A stretch of DNA of 54,737 nucleotides, counting the filler, from Sluysia triapertura (lineage: Eukaryota): the NCBI GenBank assembly GCA_046118255.1. It is 4 parts of 4 records of this genome, joined end to end, with 100 filler letters (N's around TTAATTAATTAA, not from the genome) between each part and the next. Parts side by side here need not be neighbours in the genome. Positions count along the whole stretch, not along the records: positions 12,995 to 26,670 come from JBJNIA010026172.1; positions 26,771 to 41,901 come from JBJNIA010238327.1; 2 more parts are not named here. One strand, given 5' to 3'. The notes beneath the pieces are model-generated. The model saw nothing but the letters and a program-made list of their open reading frames with translations. It made no database searches and was not told the origin of the DNA. Of this stretch, positions 14,258 to 26,860 are shown piece by piece (position 1 is the first letter of the stretch; each line of letters opens with the position of its first letter). The translations under genes and the position numbers were made by a program.

Positions 14258-14940
14258 AGGATCCAATTACATATTCGTTATAATAACACATCATTGTGGA
14301 CAATACCTTATTGTATTCCTGATTGGCATTGTTTTTGTATTACGGGCGTTTATTATGTAATATGATCCTATAAACCATATTACATTTAATAATTTTCTAT
14401 ATTTTTCATGTGATTTTATTATTTTACAGTTGATATCATATTATACATAGACGTTTATGGCATCTTAAACCAATATAACTCTTTTGTCACGATCTATGTA
14501 ACATATTTCCATGTTACATTAATGGCCGCTGTCATTATCCTCATTACTGTTATTGTTTTTGGTTGTAACTATTATTATATTGTTTGACACTTATTAATAG
14601 ATTATTTCTCTAACTCGTATTATTAAAAGTAATTTACATATCATGTAATATCAGTAAGTTCATTGAATTATCGATGGTTCGCTGGAAAGCTGTTCTAAGA
14701 TGGAAATTTATGTTTGTTTTATTTTGAAACTGCTACTACTTATTCACCATATTTAATACAATGTTACTCATTTATTATACTTTATTACCCATATTCAAAA
14801 TATGACGAGGAACAATTCACAATTCGCATTTCAATAAAACAAATGCATATAGTTCATTTTATTGGTTCATTTATTCATCAGTAATGTATATTTCTCTGTT
14901 ATATTCTTTTCTATAAAGCACCGAAAACAAAGTACTGTAA
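14258..14940 (+). pseudogene. Probable heavily decayed ELOVL elongase pseudogene
   Basis: Collinear fragments: DPIT after a TTTACAG acceptor (cf. DPRT), SKFIELS at 14653-14673 (cf. SKFIELxDT), FNTM..YY (cf. LNSxVHxxMYxYY), IKQMHIVHFIGSFIH at 14834-14878 (cf. LTTLQILQFVTVLIH in the exon at 28810). Many stops and frameshifts; HxxHH motif not found. Confidence 0.45.
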
Positions 14941-15699
14941 CTCTGTGTAAATTATGAATTAATTATAAATTGAAGCTTTTGTGTTTTACCTAATTTGTTT
15001 TTTACGAAAAATAAATGGCATTAATGAATAAACTATCACTTTCTAAAGATAAATGCTTAGAAATATGACTTTGATGTAACAAAATTATGGGAAAGAATAC
15101 ATTTTCATGCTACGACAAAAATTAATGCCATAATAAATGCAAGACATCAAAATAAATATCTTTACAAGCATCAATTTAATATGTACTTTAATGATACTTA
15201 GGTATTACAACATATATAAATTTAATTTTAGATTATAAAACTAATTAAAATAGCTAATTTTTACGGTATCTGTGTCGACATGCTTCGCAACATTTTAACA
15301 TTAGGAATACTAATAAAATTCAACATTCTAGTGTTATTTTATCATGTATAGACATTTTTTCATGAAATTATTAAATTAAACAATTTTTTATTAATTAATT
15401 AATAAATTCACTTTTATATTTTAACAAGTAAAGCTTTATAAAGGATTCTTTTTTCGTTCTTTCTTTACTTTTGATTTAAATATTTTATACACTTCCCTCC
15501 ATTAACACATTTCTTATTTTTAACACACTTTATTTTTTAACTTTAAACTATAACCCTTATATCTACTTCAGCTTTAACCAAACCTAACTCATACATTACG
15601 TATTGTTTCGATTTTTCAATATATTTCATTTTATTACTTTTATTCCAATCACATTTTTAACACTTAAAATCAGTGTCATAATTATAAATTAAAATATTT

Positions 15700-17400
15700 T
15701 CTAATATTGCCATTTGTGCATAATGACTATTCGATCTTCAATTTGAGAACTATTAAATGATAAAATCACATCTTTCTATAACGCGTGAAACATATTATCA
15801 TGGTAGGCATTCTTATGCTAATGACACCATTTATGTATTAAATTTAAAAGCATTAAAAGTTTTTGAAAATGTGAATAGTTATCCACGTTTAAGATTAATT
15901 TCATTGAACGGTTTTGTAACTTCATTATTAATTTTTAAAGTTTGAAATATACCTTAAATTTAATTCTAATTTTTCATCAGTATGTTCATTATGTATAAAA
16001 TTTAGATATGAAAATTTACCATCTGTTTTTATTAACTCAAATTTAGTATCATTATCGGAAAAATGTTCATATTCGAACTGTATAGTTTCATAATTCAAAT
16101 TTCTCTTGACGTAATTTTTAATAATTATGTATGGATTAAACTAAAGCAGCTTTCCACAACGAATGTGATAGCATTATTATCTAGTTGAGTGAGTAGAAAA
16201 CTATTTCTTGATAATTATCACTAGCTGAGTTTTAAGTTTCCATATCTTAAAATTTTTTTTAATTTCTAAAATTGATTCAATACGATAAAGTAATAGTTTT
16301 TCATGTATTTTTTCTTGATAAAATATTCCTTGTACCACCTCATTACCTTTTAACACAACGTTACAGAATTTAAATAATTTGAAATATTTATTATTGACTA
16401 TTTTTATAAAATGAATTGTTGAAATTTTTAATATTCTTTATTTTTCGTTTGTTTTACATTATATTTCTGTCATACCTCCGTAAATTAGTTGAATTAATAT
16501 CTTTGGGTTTAAGTCCATCATGTCCTCGGTCTTTACTATGATTGTATGCATCCATTAATAATTTAATATATTTTTATTACCAAGTTTTGCAAAATACTTT
16601 TAAATCCTTGTCATATAATTCTACCTATCAGTGACTAAACACTGACAGTAATTAATATCACATTTTCGTAGTACTTTTTCACATTTATTTTGAAACTTTA
16701 TATAAATCAGTTTGAAAATTTATATTTTTATCGTTTTTAATTAATTCGATACTGCTTCACTCATGTATTAATATTTGCTATTAAATTTTGAAAACTTATT
16801 TAAGTTAAAATATATATGTATCCAATATTATTATTTTCTGAACTTGGAATCATTTTACTTATATTATCCTATTTGGGTTCTCTTGATTTACATTTGTGTA
16901 ATGTAAATTTTAGTCTCTTTAAACTATAATAATAAGGTTCGCCTACGGTTAACAGTTCATGTTTAGCTCAGTATTTTCGCAAGTTTTATATGTATTTTAA
17001 AGAGGGTCTAAATTTTCCTTTATTGGTCGACTGTGATTTAATGTATATAAGACTATTTCGGAGTTATTTTATCTTCTTGTTTATATTGAACTTTATTTAT
17101 TTTACAAGATTAAAATCTATATATTCTTATTATTTTTAAGAAATCTTGTCATAACTGTATTTCTTAGTCACTGTAAATGTTTCGACCCTTATCGTAGAAA
17201 ATTTAATTACTCAATAGGCCAATTAACGTGACAACTCTATATTATTTTACTAGGAATTAGTAATCGTAAAATAAATTCTCTTATTAACTTTTTTTAAAGA
17301 TTTTATATTATTTATTCAACTTTAAATTACTAGATTACAGAAATTTCTGACTATAATTATTATATTCTTTTTATTCAATAATTTTATACATTTCTTCACT
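15700..17400 (-). mobile_element. Very decayed non-LTR retrotransposon (LINE) ORF2 remnant
   Basis: Minus strand KDRGHDGL near 16510-16535 (cf. KAPGxDGI) followed at a plausible distance by FSKTFN near 15855-15870 (cf. DFSKAFD). Boundaries approximate. Confidence 0.35.
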
Positions 17401-18579
17401 ATTTTATAGCCATTAATATTTCTTTCTCAATTCCAGTTTAACAATATAATAAATCAAATTTGGAAGTCTCGAAGATTATACACAAAAATAATAAAATGTT
17501 ACAAGTAACTTCACAAAAATTGCTGAAATAAATATAAATATATTATAGTTAATTATTAGACAAAGCAAAGTTCTAATATTTTAATAAATTTTACAAATAA
17601 ATTACTTCTAACTAAAATTAGATATTCTTATTGTTCAATAGTTTAAGTCGGTATTTTATGTCTTAAAAAACCAAGACAAATCCAACAATTAAAAACATAA
17701 AATTTTTATCTTAAAACTGATTTGATATTTGAATCAAGTTAGATCACTCTGATGAACTTTCGACAATAAAAGCTTTTTCCGATGGATTATCTCTGATCGA
17801 AAGCAAATTAACAAGATCACGTCAACGTTGAGTTGCACGAAAAAGGGACATAAAGACTTAAATTTGGAAATAGTTAATGTTTTGATTTTAAAGAAATTTG
17901 GTGTAAAGAAAATGACAATCTTTATTGTAAATTGTTTTGTTCCAAGGATTATATAAGATTGATAATGTATGGGTTCGGTAAGCGTTTTATGAACCACTCT
18001 TTATGATTTGAAGTCCTAAAATAATTACAAACCAAATTGAAATAAAGTTTATTTAATTTTTAATAACAAACTATTATATGATTAAAATAAATTGTGTTCA
18101 AATTATAAAAATAACTAGATATATAGTTTTTAATTAATTTTAGGACAGCCTTAAAATTTTTACAACCAATCGCAATTAAAATTAATAAACACTGGGGTAA
18201 TGAAAGAATAAGACAATAGGAATTTATAATGATAAAATACATAATACACAAAATGACAGTTGTAAATTTTTACTTTCTTGCACAAAATAATCGGGTATGA
18301 GGCTAGGTAAACATATTTTTGAGAAGAAAAGTCAGCATTAAATTAGAGAGACAGCAGTTGATCAGTTAGATGTTGAATGGTGGATTATAGTTATTTAACA
18401 CTGACGTTTTTATTATCGATAATATGAATTGACGTATTATTTTTGTACGTTAAGTATAATGGAAGAATTTGTCATTGTGAGGTTGTCTAATTTGTTTTTT
18501 TTTCGTTGTTGATGTGTCTCTAGTTAAGAAGTTTACTTCAACGGGTTTACATTACCAGGATTGTTTGGGCTTTATTTAG

Positions 18580-19007
18580 ATTACTAAATAGAAACATGAA
18601 TTTATCTACGTTTACATTGTTAGATATAAGTTGTTGTTCCTTCATTTACGTCCACATTGTTAGACATCAATATTACTTTATCATTACCAGCATTATTAAG
18701 TAGACATGCGACTTTATCTACCTTTACTTTATTAAACATCTAGATTAATTTATCTTTATTTGGATTATTAAGTAGAATTATGGCTTTATGTACATTGACT
18801 TTGCTAAATATCTAGATTACATTGTCTTTATTTACACTACAAAATAGTAATGTGGCTTTACGTACATTTACTTTGTTAAGCATTAAGATTACACTACCTT
18901 TATTTACACTATTAAATAGAAATATAATTTTATCTACATTTACTTTATTAAACATCAATACTACAATAACTTTATCTACAATACTAAATAGAAATATAAT
19001 TTTATAA
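18580..19007. repeat. Degenerate tandem repeat, 36-bp subunit with 72-bp higher-order period
   Basis: ACTTT(A/G)(T/C)TAA..AT recurs about every 72 bp (~18726, 18799, 18870, 18942), alternating with TTTATTTACACTA-type subunits. Confidence 0.8.
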
Positions 19008-19249
19008 TAGAGTTTAAAATACATGTTTTTACCAAGTTGACACTAATAATTCTCAAGATAAAAGAATTATTCAAGCTAAACACAGTATGTTCAAATCTTC
19101 TCTGCATTATTTTATCTGGGTAATTTTGGCAAACTATTTGTAAACAATAAGTTTTGTTGTGCTACAATATTTGTGAGAACTACTAAATTATATTCATATA
19201 GTTTTGCAACATTTTATGTTGCAGTATATTAAAGAATTATTACATTATT

Positions 19250-19265
19250 TTTATTATTATTATTA

Positions 19266-19321
<56 letters not shown>
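19250..19321. repeat. (TTA)n microsatellite
   Basis: TTA tandem run. Confidence 0.95.
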
Positions 19322-20764
19322 TTAATTTAACGACAAATAACCTTTGCATTAGCTTTTAAGGATCGAACCAAATTTCCATTGATTTTTTCTTCTTTTTTAT
19401 ACTGAAATTTATGTATACTTAACATAAATGTTTAATAATTTGTTCATCCAAATGCATGACTTATTAATCTGCCAACAAACAGTAGAAAAAATTGCACCCA
19501 TAAATCCACCATTTTTTGTTAATTAAGTCATTTTGAATTTAGACTTTTGTATTTTGAAATATATAAATATTTGTTTTTTGGATTCATTAAAATTTATTTT
19601 ACCAACAATTATTTTTATTAATATATCAACTAAATCATCAGTTACAAATTAAAAAGTTGACTTTTAAATTGGGTCCATTAAAATCCATTAAATCAAGTTC
19701 AAATTTCATTTTTCTTTGTTACAACAGTCGCAATTAATTGTTTAACGTCCTTGACTTAATTAGGTTTAAATGCAACATTTTAAAATTAGTCACATTTAAT
19801 TTAGTACATTGTTTCTAATAACGTACGCATTTCGATTAAAAATATAAACAAGACGATATTGTTTAAAGTCTAAAAACAAATATCCAGAAAAACGCTTCGT
19901 AATATATTTTATTTAATTTCATACTTTTGCTAAGATTGCGTTTTATGTTAAGTAATTATAATTATNNNNNNNNNNNNNNNNNNNNNNNNNNNNNNNNNNN
20001 NNNNNNNNNNNNNNNNNNNNNNNNNNNNNNNNNNNNNNNNNNNNNNNNNNNNNNNNNNNNNNNNNNNNNNNNNNNNNNNNNNNNNNNNNNNNNNNNACTA
20101 CTAATTATTTTTTCTTCTACATTGTTGATGGTTTTGTCGATAATTGATGGAAACTTTGCTATAACTTACAGTTAATTACCATTCATTAATAATAACCCAC
20201 ATGATATTATTATTATTATTGAGATGACGAAGAGTGGATCAAAATTTGACAAAAATACTCTACTTATAATAGTAATTAGTTTGTTAATTATTAATTTTTC
20301 GTTAAAATTTGGACAACTAAATCTGCAGATATAATCGAACAAATAATTTCATTATCGAAAAATTAATTTTATTATTGTATTATTTGTCAGACTCAGAATT
20401 AGTTGTTATTAAAAGTATTCTGTGTAATTATTAATCAGTATGCATTCATGTGTCACGCAATTATTATTAATTTTTAATATAGAATTTAGAATTACAAAAT
20501 AATGAATTTTTATTCTTTAAAAAATTAATGTTTTTAATATTTTTTTAGTGCTAATAGGCGAGTTGTGTAACTAACCAACAGAATGATAAAATATTAAGCT
20601 AAAGTTAGTATTATTATTAACTACACATTTCATCCTTTAATTTCGCTTATATTAACTCTTGAATTTTAACTTCTGAAGTATAATTGTAATTTAAATTTAA
20701 TAATCAAAATATAGTGAAACAATATTGAAGAATAATAAAGATAAAAAGCATTTTAGACATTAAA

Positions 20765-20940
20765 AAATATCTTAGAGATTCCAAATACCATTGTAATTTT
20801 TTTGGGATCTTTGAAAGAACTTAAGATAATCTCAAAGTACCTTTGAACGTGTAAACCTTATAATCATTTAAGATCTTGCAAACTTTTAAGATTCTTTGAA
20901 ACTTTGATAATCGTTTAAGACCGTTAAATAATCTTTTAAA
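20765..20940. repeat. Dispersed repeat with ~10-bp internal periodicity, copy 1
   Basis: Shares AAAGTA(C/T)CTTTGAAC(G/T)TGT(A/G)AACCTT and CTTATAATCATTTAA with 42880-43098. Confidence 0.65.
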
Positions 20941-23880
20941 TAATTGTACAATAAAATAACAAAGACAAATTTGATATTTTAATATTTGTCATAGATAGAT
21001 AGAAATATAAGTAGGACTAGCGAAGGTAAAGACAACATAGTAAATTCAACACTCTGACATAATCATTATAAACACATACGTAAACAAACTTCAACTCAAC
21101 TTAACACAAATATTAAAAACCAACAAACAACATACAACACAAATCAAAATGAAAGAAATTTTCACATACCATTATCACAATAATGATAACAATACTTATA
21201 TTAACATTTAAACACAACTATCATCTAAAATTTAATATTATTTTTATAATATTAAACATTATCGTCATCGTATTATTGTTATTTTTTTATTCTTCGATTT
21301 TTATTACCTCCATTTGTATGTTTTATAAGTGCTTCATTGACTGACACACATTCATTATAATTCTGTTTTAATGAATTATTTAAATAATTCTTCGTACTTT
21401 ATATAGAGAAAATTATTTTCCATTCTGGAATAAATTTCAAACAACACCTTAATTAATTTTTCAAATAATAACATACAAAATAGTAGCATAAAACAATTTT
21501 AATCTTTCGCTGATAAAATTTATGTTATAAGACTCTTTCAAGAAGTCTTATTTGTTACGGTGAACTTCGCAGTCTCAATGATGAAATAATCTGCAAAATA
21601 AATAACTGCTCAAAAAACGTTTAAAATAAATATTTCTTAAATTGAAGTAACTTAGTTTTTCACTTAAGTACTTCATAATATTTCAGATATTTTATTATTA
21701 TTTTAAGAAAATGTTCGTATCATTAATGTTTGTGGACGGCTTTATGTTTTTATTATATTTAATAAAGTTATAAAATTTTAATGTTTCTTTAGCATAAAAA
21801 ATTTAATAAAAATTTTATCTATTTGTTTAAAAAGTTTAATAATTAACTTAACAAAGATTAACAAATTTATAACAAACAAATATTTTTTATTAAAAAACAA
21901 AAGAAACAATATGAAAACACACATGCAAAGTTAGATGTAGGTGGATGATATCCTTCAATAACTGTGATACGTAAATTACAATCCCCAGACCGGCCACAGT
22001 TGTTTACATTTCAAATGTAAAATATGATTATAATTCATTAATTAATAAAAATAGCAAAAACTGACCAATAATATTAGTTAATTCTACATTTCATATTGTT
22101 GCTAGTTGGAAATATTGATTTTTTACGTATTATATATTATTAAACAGAAAAATGTTTTTGAATATTTTTAATTTTTATCAACTTTTTACTTAATAATAAT
22201 TATTGTTAATAATAATTTTTAAAAATTGTCTTTCGAGAAATTGATCCGACACAAAAAAAACCATGAAAATGTCATTATATTAAGTATGTCGAATGTCTTC
22301 ATAGCATTACTTCAGATGGGGATGTTTTATCGATGTATGTACTTTGAGATTTGTTTCCTAATTTAGCAGTAGAATGATGTATGTACTGTAGATTACTGAT
22401 TGTTCCACACAGACCAAAATTACGACGTATTTTATCATTTGGTTTAGTCTTTATTATAATATTTGAAAATCTTTATTGATAAAATTAATTTAATTTCGTT
22501 AACATTGATGGTTTTGAATGAAAGATGTTGAAAGATTGAGAATTTAAAATGTTTTGAAGTATGACAAATAGTTTTAGTGATGTGAAAAAAAGTAAAAAAA
22601 TTTTAATAATTTTTGAAAAGTAACAAGTGAGTACAAGATTTATAAATAGGAGTAATACTTAACTAAATATGCTAATGAAAAAAACTTCGCTTTAATTATA
22701 ATGATGTTTTAAAGTAATTTTGAATTATGAATTTTTTTGTTGTACTGAATGATTTTATTGCTGACAAAATGTATTGCGATGTTTAAAGTTTTAGTGGTTT
22801 TGTTGGAAAATAGGTAAAATGTTATGGAATGTGGTTTTATGTGCGATATGCTACATTGAATTTGAAATGTTATGAATTAAATTTTTAAGTATATCTTTGA
22901 TGATTTTCGATGTTGAATGTGATTTTGACGTTATGAAATTTTATATTTAGAGTGTTTGAAAGTATTAACAATTATGAAATATTCTGAAGAGTGATTTTGT
23001 TGTGTATTGTTGAAATAAAATTTTTAAAATATTGGGTTGGCCACCACCACTAGTAGCAGGCATACGTCGTAACCTCTGTATGTTCTGTATGTATGTATTT
23101 TCTGTACGTAGTTGTAATGCTACAGATGAATCACTGATGCGATGTAACCGACTTTTTATTATTAATTGTGGCAGTTTTGGTGGTATTTTGTGGTAATTAT
23201 TTCGTTTATTATATTTTATTTATAGGAAATATGTTTAGTAATTCAGTGTTAATTGAATATATTTAACGGAAGCTGCACAGGGCCCAGTCCTGATGGCGGC
23301 CCTTATATAGCCGATGAATGAGAATACATGTGCTCCTTCCGAAAATTTATGTATGCTAATGATATTCTAATCCATGAATTTGCTGTTTGGTGCCATATGG
23401 CGACCTGTCTGAGGCTAGTTATGGCTCTGAATTTAATAATTCTGCGAATATTTTTAATTGTATTTCATTCTTCATTTATTTTCAAATAGAAATAATCGTA
23501 AGATTCATCTAAAAATTCTTTATTCGAATTACTTGGTTTATTTCCCGTACTAAACAAAATACAGCAATACTGTTGTCATAGAAAATATCAATAATTGCCA
23601 TAATTTTATTCAGAACAGACAGTTTTAACAACAAATTTAATGTAACAAAATATTCAAGCTTTTATTGAATCAAAATTTCACTGAAAATTTCTATAAAACA
23701 CCATTTACATATCCGAACGGTTGTTCGAGATGTAAGTTCAACCCCAGTATAGTAAACTCAAAATCAATTCGTCACAATCACAAATCAACAAATCTTAAAT
23801 AAACAAATTACTAAACAAGTTACTTGATACATGCAAAACATAAAGACAGTCATAATTTATAATTACCATAGTTTTACAAT

Positions 23881-24014
23881 CGTTAGGGGTAAAAGGCCTA
23901 AAAGTGCCATTTGGGAAAATTGAATATATTAAAAATGAAAATTGTTAGGCGGGGCTGATAGCTCAGTGGTAGAGCATCGACTGCGCAGACGATGGTCCCG
24001 GGTTCGATCTAACA
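23881..24014 (+). mobile_element. tRNA-containing LTR-like element, copy A (4-bp TSD CAAT)
   Basis: CGTT...AACA ends; CAAT at 23877-23880 and 24015-24018; A box TAGCTCAGTGG and B box GGTTCGATC; 3' part of the tRNA deleted. Confidence 0.85.
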
Positions 24015-24590
24015 CAATTATTATCACAATAATAATTACTATTGTTATAATAATTTTCTGATTGTGACTACTATTGTTGTTATAAGTGTTTTCATTCATT
24101 TATTTCCTTTTCGTATGCATGGGTTTTGGTGCTCAAATTTATGATATATTTACCATTTCTAAAATTCCGTTTCCTGCTTGATATAATTAGATCTACGATG
24201 AACTGACGAAAATTATACCATTTAATAAATTAAACAATTTTTATACGTAAAGTCAAAACATAAATTAAAAAAATTGGTTAAACTTTGAAAACAATTCCCT
24301 AATTAATATAAAAATATTATTAAATTAATTTAAATTAATGAAATTAAAATATCGATATTGGTAACTCTGAAATAAAATGTATGATAATAAAGTTATTGTT
24401 TCTGAAGTTATAGTTTCTGTTTGATAGAAGTTTGATTTGATAAACAAAATTATGGAGATATTTTTTGAAATTTTGAAATTTATTTGACATTTTTTTTCGC
24501 TAGTTTTAAACTGTCAGTTAATCGTTTACCATATGTAGCTACAAGATTTGAATATAATAAAAAGGATAATCATATCTGTTTTTTTAAAAA

Positions 24591-24644
24591 TGCTCAACTT
24601 CGATAGTTGAGGTCTTCAGTGAGAAGTCCCGGCTCAGTCCACAT
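24591..24644 (+). mobile_element. Decayed fragment of the same tRNA-like element
   Basis: CAGTGAGAAGTCCCGGCTCAGTCCA resembles the family core CAGCGAGAGGTCCCGGGTCAGTCCA. Confidence 0.55.
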
Positions 24645-24648
24645 AAAT

Positions 24649-24775
24649 TGTTATACTTCATAAAATGGACTGACCCGGGACCTCTCGCTGCGCAGTTCGA
24701 TGCTCTGCCAACTAAGCTATATTCACTTACTATATTCAATTATACCAAATGGCACCTTAGGCCTATATCCCAACA
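24649..24775 (-). mobile_element. tRNA-containing LTR-like element, copy B (4-bp TSD AAAT)
   Basis: Reverse complement reads TGTTGGGATATAGGCC...GAAGTATAACA; AAAT at 24645-24648 and 24776-24779. Confidence 0.88.
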
Positions 24776-25381
24776 AAATCACTACATTTAAAACCAAATA
24801 ATCATTCTAAGCATGGACATTTGATCAAAGATATATCTGAGATTATTTTAAATTAGACAAATTCGAAAGACAGAAACACAAGAAACAAAACAATTCAGTT
24901 AATAAAACCTTAGTGAGTCTTATTAATGCATTGTTACTTTTCATTTGTTAAATTTCCTTATTGTATTATTTAATATAAAATTGTTGCTCGTTTTACTTAT
25001 GTTGTCTGAATATAATTTAATGGAGCTTTATAAATATTAAAGTTAAATTAAATGTTATTTATTATATAAGAAAAATTACAAAATTTCCTAACAAATCTAA
25101 TATTTTAAGGTTACGAATAATTCTGTAAAATCTATTTCCCTAAAAATTTTAATTAATTTACTATTCAACCTTGCATTGTTCATATCGATTACAAAAATAC
25201 TTACAAAACATTGTAATCTATTTTTTTACTTTTAGAAAATTAACTAATTTAATATTCAATATGTTTTGTTTGTAATTGAAGATAAATTCCTTTGTTCTTA
25301 TCATACATAATTCTGTATTATTGTTAGAAATAGTAAAACACAAATATTATTCTATTTTCGTACAAAAATTTTCTTATTTAT

Positions 25382-25918
25382 TTAAAAGTCATGTAAAAAT
25401 TTCCGAGCACTTGATAATAAAAATTCATAATTTTCGTTTGAAGTTTCATTAATGGTTTGATTCAGAGCTACTTTTTGCCATTTTCCCTATAAAAACATAA
25501 TATTCATTGTAGATTCACTAACATCACTAAAGGTTTGTATTACTCTTCGAATTGATAATTGTGGTTCACAAAATATCGGTACTTCCAAACCAGTTAACTT
25601 ATTCATAAAGTTTAAGTGATCGTTTGCAATCTTGCTTGAATTAATTTTCAATGAATCTTTAGCACAAAAAGATTTGCCCTTTGAAGTACTAGCGTGATTA
25701 TTTCTACTCACGTTATTATAATCAGATTCATTTTCATTATCATAATCATCATTAGTGTTAACTTCTTCATCATAATTATCGTCGTCTTCATCATCATCAT
25801 CATCAAATATCTTTTTCAATGATTTACTAAAAAAATAAATCAATCAATATAGTCAAATAAATTTAAGAATTTACTTTTTATCAAATTTTGAAATTACCGT
25901 TGCATTTCGTCTCTTCAT
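25382..25918 (-). CDS. Candidate 3-exon gene for a ~150-aa acidic protein of unknown function
   Basis: Exons 25918-25875, 25826-25523, 25486-25382 join in frame through GT-AG introns of 48 and 36 nt: MKRRNATVISKFDKNKSLKKIFDDDDDEDDD...QTFSD|GKWQKVAL...FLHDF*. No recognised homology; could be a young pseudogene. Confidence 0.5.
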
Positions 25919-26436
25919 TAGAATTAAATTAATAATTTAAATGATTAAAATTCTAACTCAAATGACCCATATGTGTGCAATCAATGAAATTTGAAATAAA
26001 TTTTTTGTGCTCCTGTGTTAAATGTGTATTAAATGTAGAAAAATGGCATCTAGATCAGTTTTATCAACTATTAAAATAATATGATTGCCATTACTATAAA
26101 ATTTACTTTCATATTTGTTAGACTGAATAAAGTTTCTTACTTGGACGATATTGCAGCAGTTTATTTATGGTCAAATATACATTTTATTTGACAAATATTT
26201 TTATTATAAAGCTACATTCAGGAGAAACCCTATTTAAGCAAAAAGGATGATTGTAAACGAGTTGAATAATGAACGAACTGAATGATAAATAACAATGTAA
26301 AGAATGAGAATGAACGATGTTAACGAAATAATTTATTTAATGATAATAATATTAAGTGAAATCTTTATTTAAATAATAACGAATTGAACATGTTAAAATG
26401 TTTGAATTATAATTTAAAATGTTAACGAAATAATAT

Positions 26437-26579
26437 TATTGGGATATAGGTCTCAGTTGCCTTTGGTATGGTTGACTATAATAGTCTAAAAGTTGTTAGA
26501 CGTGGCTGATAGCTCAGTGGATACAGCAGCGAGAGGTCCCGGGTTCAGTTCTGGTCAGTCCATTTTATGAAGTCTAACA
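26437..26579 (+). mobile_element. tRNA-containing LTR-like element, copy C (4-bp TSD ATAT)
   Basis: TATTGGGATATAGG...GTCTAACA; ATAT at 26433-26436 and 26580-26583; keeps the T-arm, 3' acceptor strand TCAGTCC-A and TTTT; middle of the tRNA deleted. Confidence 0.88.
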
Positions 26580-26670
26580 ATATGATGAACCACAAAAATA
26601 TAATAGGAATGACTAATTTTAATGAAATAAATAGTTATAATATACTATATTCAATGATGAGCCTAATATA

Positions 26671-26770
26671 NNNNNNNNNNNNNNNNNNNNNNNNNNNNNN
26701 NNNNNNNNNNNNNNTTAATTAATTAANNNNNNNNNNNNNNNNNNNNNNNNNNNNNNNNNNNNNNNNNNNN
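26671..26770. other. Artificial contig linker
   Basis: N44-TTAATTAATTAA-N44. Confidence 0.95.
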
Positions 26771-26847
26771 AGGAGAAACATGAGGTTCCTTCACGAAACC
26801 CATGGGCTCGAAGGGTTCCTAGAAGTATAAAAGGTTGAAGACCCCTG
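26771..26847. mobile_element. Terminus of a hAT-type MITE, cut by the gap
   Basis: Ends in GGTTGAAGACCCCTG, the reverse complement of a CAGGGGTCTTCAACC hAT/Charlie-style TIR. Confidence 0.55.
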
Positions 26848-26860
26848 ATATATTTAATTA

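Noticed and set aside
23265-23430. GC-richer island with CTGATGG-CGGC...GCCG resembling a hammerhead ribozyme core
   Set aside because: The core deviates from CUGAUGA and lacks GAAA; stems I and III not identifiable.
23950-24010. Functional tRNA gene
   Set aside because: No 3' acceptor strand and an abnormal anticodon arm; it is part of a TSD-flanked repeat family.
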